Positions 63,201 to 64,000 of a stretch of 64,000 bases of DNA are shown here, in pieces. Positions within the stretch are counted from its first letter, which is position 1, and each line of letters begins with the position of its first letter. The notes below the pieces were generated by a model. It did not search any database and was not told the origin of the DNA. It saw only the letters and a program-made list of their open reading frames with translations. Source of the stretch: Octopus vulgaris (lineage: Eukaryota). A program made the translations under genes and the position numbers. The stretch spans positions 92,318,001 to 92,382,000 of the forward strand of contig OX597821.1 in NCBI GenBank assembly GCA_951406725.2, in the 5' to 3' direction.

Positions 63201-64000
63201 AACTTAGTTCGATCAAATATTACATTTAGAATAAAAAATGAATGTGCCACAGAAGTTTCTCTTGGAATAAAATGCATATCTGAAGAAGCTCCTAGTCAAA
63301 GTAAGGAGAATTTCTTGAAATCAGAAGAGGTACCAAATTACGTAAGTACAAAAGAGAATGCAATTGATCTGAGAGAAGAAGAAGAACCAAACTGGAGCTT
63401 TTGGGAAAAGAAAAAAAATGAAGACCAAATTGAACTGCAAAAAATAAGGAATTTTCTTCAGTCAAATACTTTCAGAAATTCACCATTTATTTCTGAAAAA
63501 GTAAGAACATTTTTGGCTAGGAATGATTCAGTATCAACAGAAGAAATGTATGAACCAGAACTTAAAGATAAAGAAAATACATTACATCATTCAACTAGTC
63601 TAACTGAACCAGACAAACCACCTGAGATGACAAGCATACTGAAGACGAGCAGCCAATGCTGTTCAATAAATGCAGGTGAAGATAATGTTTCTGTAAATCT
63701 AGAGTCTTTATCTATGCCTGAAATAGCTTCCAAAATTAAAAACTCTATAAATAAGATAAAGAACCTGTCTAATCCAAACCATGAAGTTCTGTGGAAAGAA
63801 AACTGTAATTTGAAAACTGAACCATATGGAAGAAATGCTTCCCAGCCAAAGATTACAGGTGGAAGAAAGCAAAGCCTTCTGTGGCATAATATGAGTGAGC
63901 CAACATTGGCATCACAGACAAAAGGAAAATTGGAATTGAGACATAATTTTAAATCAAATGAAGTTCAGAAGCCTCGTGATATAGGACAAGTAAATAAAAT
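60273..64000 (+). CDS. Very long single-exon ORF (at least 1242 aa, open at the window end); Lys/Ser/Thr/Asn-rich, probably largely disordered protein with internal repeats; product not recognised
   Basis: In-frame TGA at 60246, then caaATGG at 60273. Reads MDRHKSYSWLNPEKDFISQLASRLKFLQF... to ...EVQKPRDIGQVNK with no stop in 3.7 kb of AT-rich DNA and no SINE or microsatellite interruption. Upstream ctaac branch point, pyrimidine tract and CAG (60105-60107) suggest an exon with a short 5' UTR. Confidence 0.88.
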   Translation, partial: MDRHKSYSWLNPEKDFISQLASRLKFLQFKQWNRWNLRHTSKSNSLLLQRWKTLCKPSVPVKNTKETVKEKAARHGFEPNIAFQGEKKHKCNIPVIQMRITIKNDGDKPNNTFNLKAEISSKFAVELENILTSMTALKSDEMLYKENVSKLGTRTCIHENFQTEKSLHFKKTLNAYQDARSRSSSKLEESPGIMITSFNKDPLRKESTFINNSRMDIRKIEECQPEPYHRNMLESNNTEGTKAEYDGKILIDGKTSIGGKILVRGITLIKDKIMDEGETMSDEKTEFVGKPNPERRKIKGGGIPCKGKLRTTLGCKSEVDNRSKFGCGTEFRDETVAASTSTPRNKRTSNIKPSAKSVLEDVIVFGSKVKSSAVSSTTSLDKTKNCAKSLVGSKTIPSSKKIVKGKTTATGSTTAFPRKSVLERTAVFGIKTQFGSTSDPGEKSTGRNESVFANTPEGKENRIKIKGKNVTGSNAIKCKSTDKQKASAAVYTPADSFKTVIRSTPIRKISFVHQDSSKDRYISRDKSAYTNKSISRDKSTSGGKFTSGGKFTSGAKSTTGGKFISGEKSASNNKTGLGGSFVPKSKIVSKSKTTASSNDTARAKSTAGNSTCSNKKYSIGYSIPTSGKTNPKRNSAKPVIQTKLRNTVRKGNTFQRNENSTQNFSAEFITVINSSGLQISDVHDIVRMENTFDRNDKPLNNTAIENIHPINLSETLEGKGVCKNVRGDDILQRNDKTLKNVNTSYVTLAKSTDALEATGINDLRGENTLPLPLKVNNKQDTPTDTLEAIEVCNVDEVMDRLKPKDKYDCKLWLVHMKPVPDEDQYSHRYLLIPLIPCPPDNKSISQQTANLKSTNNFTSMKSTKRTRNSSVRSKVSLKSKKKVNFTSPTRAEIVPQLIQKDRSKLKYATQKMTGGKTTDTVEQMQADERRNSQKQISTKKSQSSVKEDYVNNLKSKQQTSQVLRNFKKQTNDIKSENLVRSNITFRIKNECATEVSLGIKCISEEAPSQSKENFLKSEEVPNYVSTKENAIDLREEEEPNWSFWEKKKNEDQIELQKIRNFLQSNTFRNSPFISEKVRTFLARNDSVSTEEMYEPELKDKENTLHHSTSLTEPDKPPEMTSILKTSSQCCSINAGEDNVSVNLESLSMPEIASKIKNSINKIKNLSNPNHEVLWKENCNLKTEPYGRNASQPKITGGRKQSLLWHNMSEPTLASQTKGKLELRHNFKSNEVQKPRDIGQVNK

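Overview
AT-rich, repeat-saturated animal DNA. The SINE families and the very dense (TA)n/(CA)n/(GAT)n microsatellites fit an octopod cephalopod (inferred, not verified). About 60 kb is intron/intergenic-type sequence made of: tRNA-derived SINEs (a CORE-type family A, a Meta-domain-like family B, and modular families C/D), decayed non-LTR elements (CR1/L2, RTE, R4/Dong-like, Tx1/L1), mariner remnants, a full-length but dead DD36E Tc1-type transposon, and Helitron-like pieces. Almost all ORFs in the supplied track are microsatellite or repeat artefacts. The one clear host coding region is missing from the track because it runs off the window: an uninterrupted + strand ORF from ATG 60273 to beyond 64000 (at least 1242 codons) with hexapeptide and ~39-aa internal repeats. 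The most striking unannotated signal is a set of short elements sitting in (TA)n tracts that carry hammerhead-ribozyme-like motifs and fold-back ends, typical of Penelope-like elements. One of them is fused to a tRNA/Pol III head, and another (TA)n insert has a perfect 121-bp inverted repeat.
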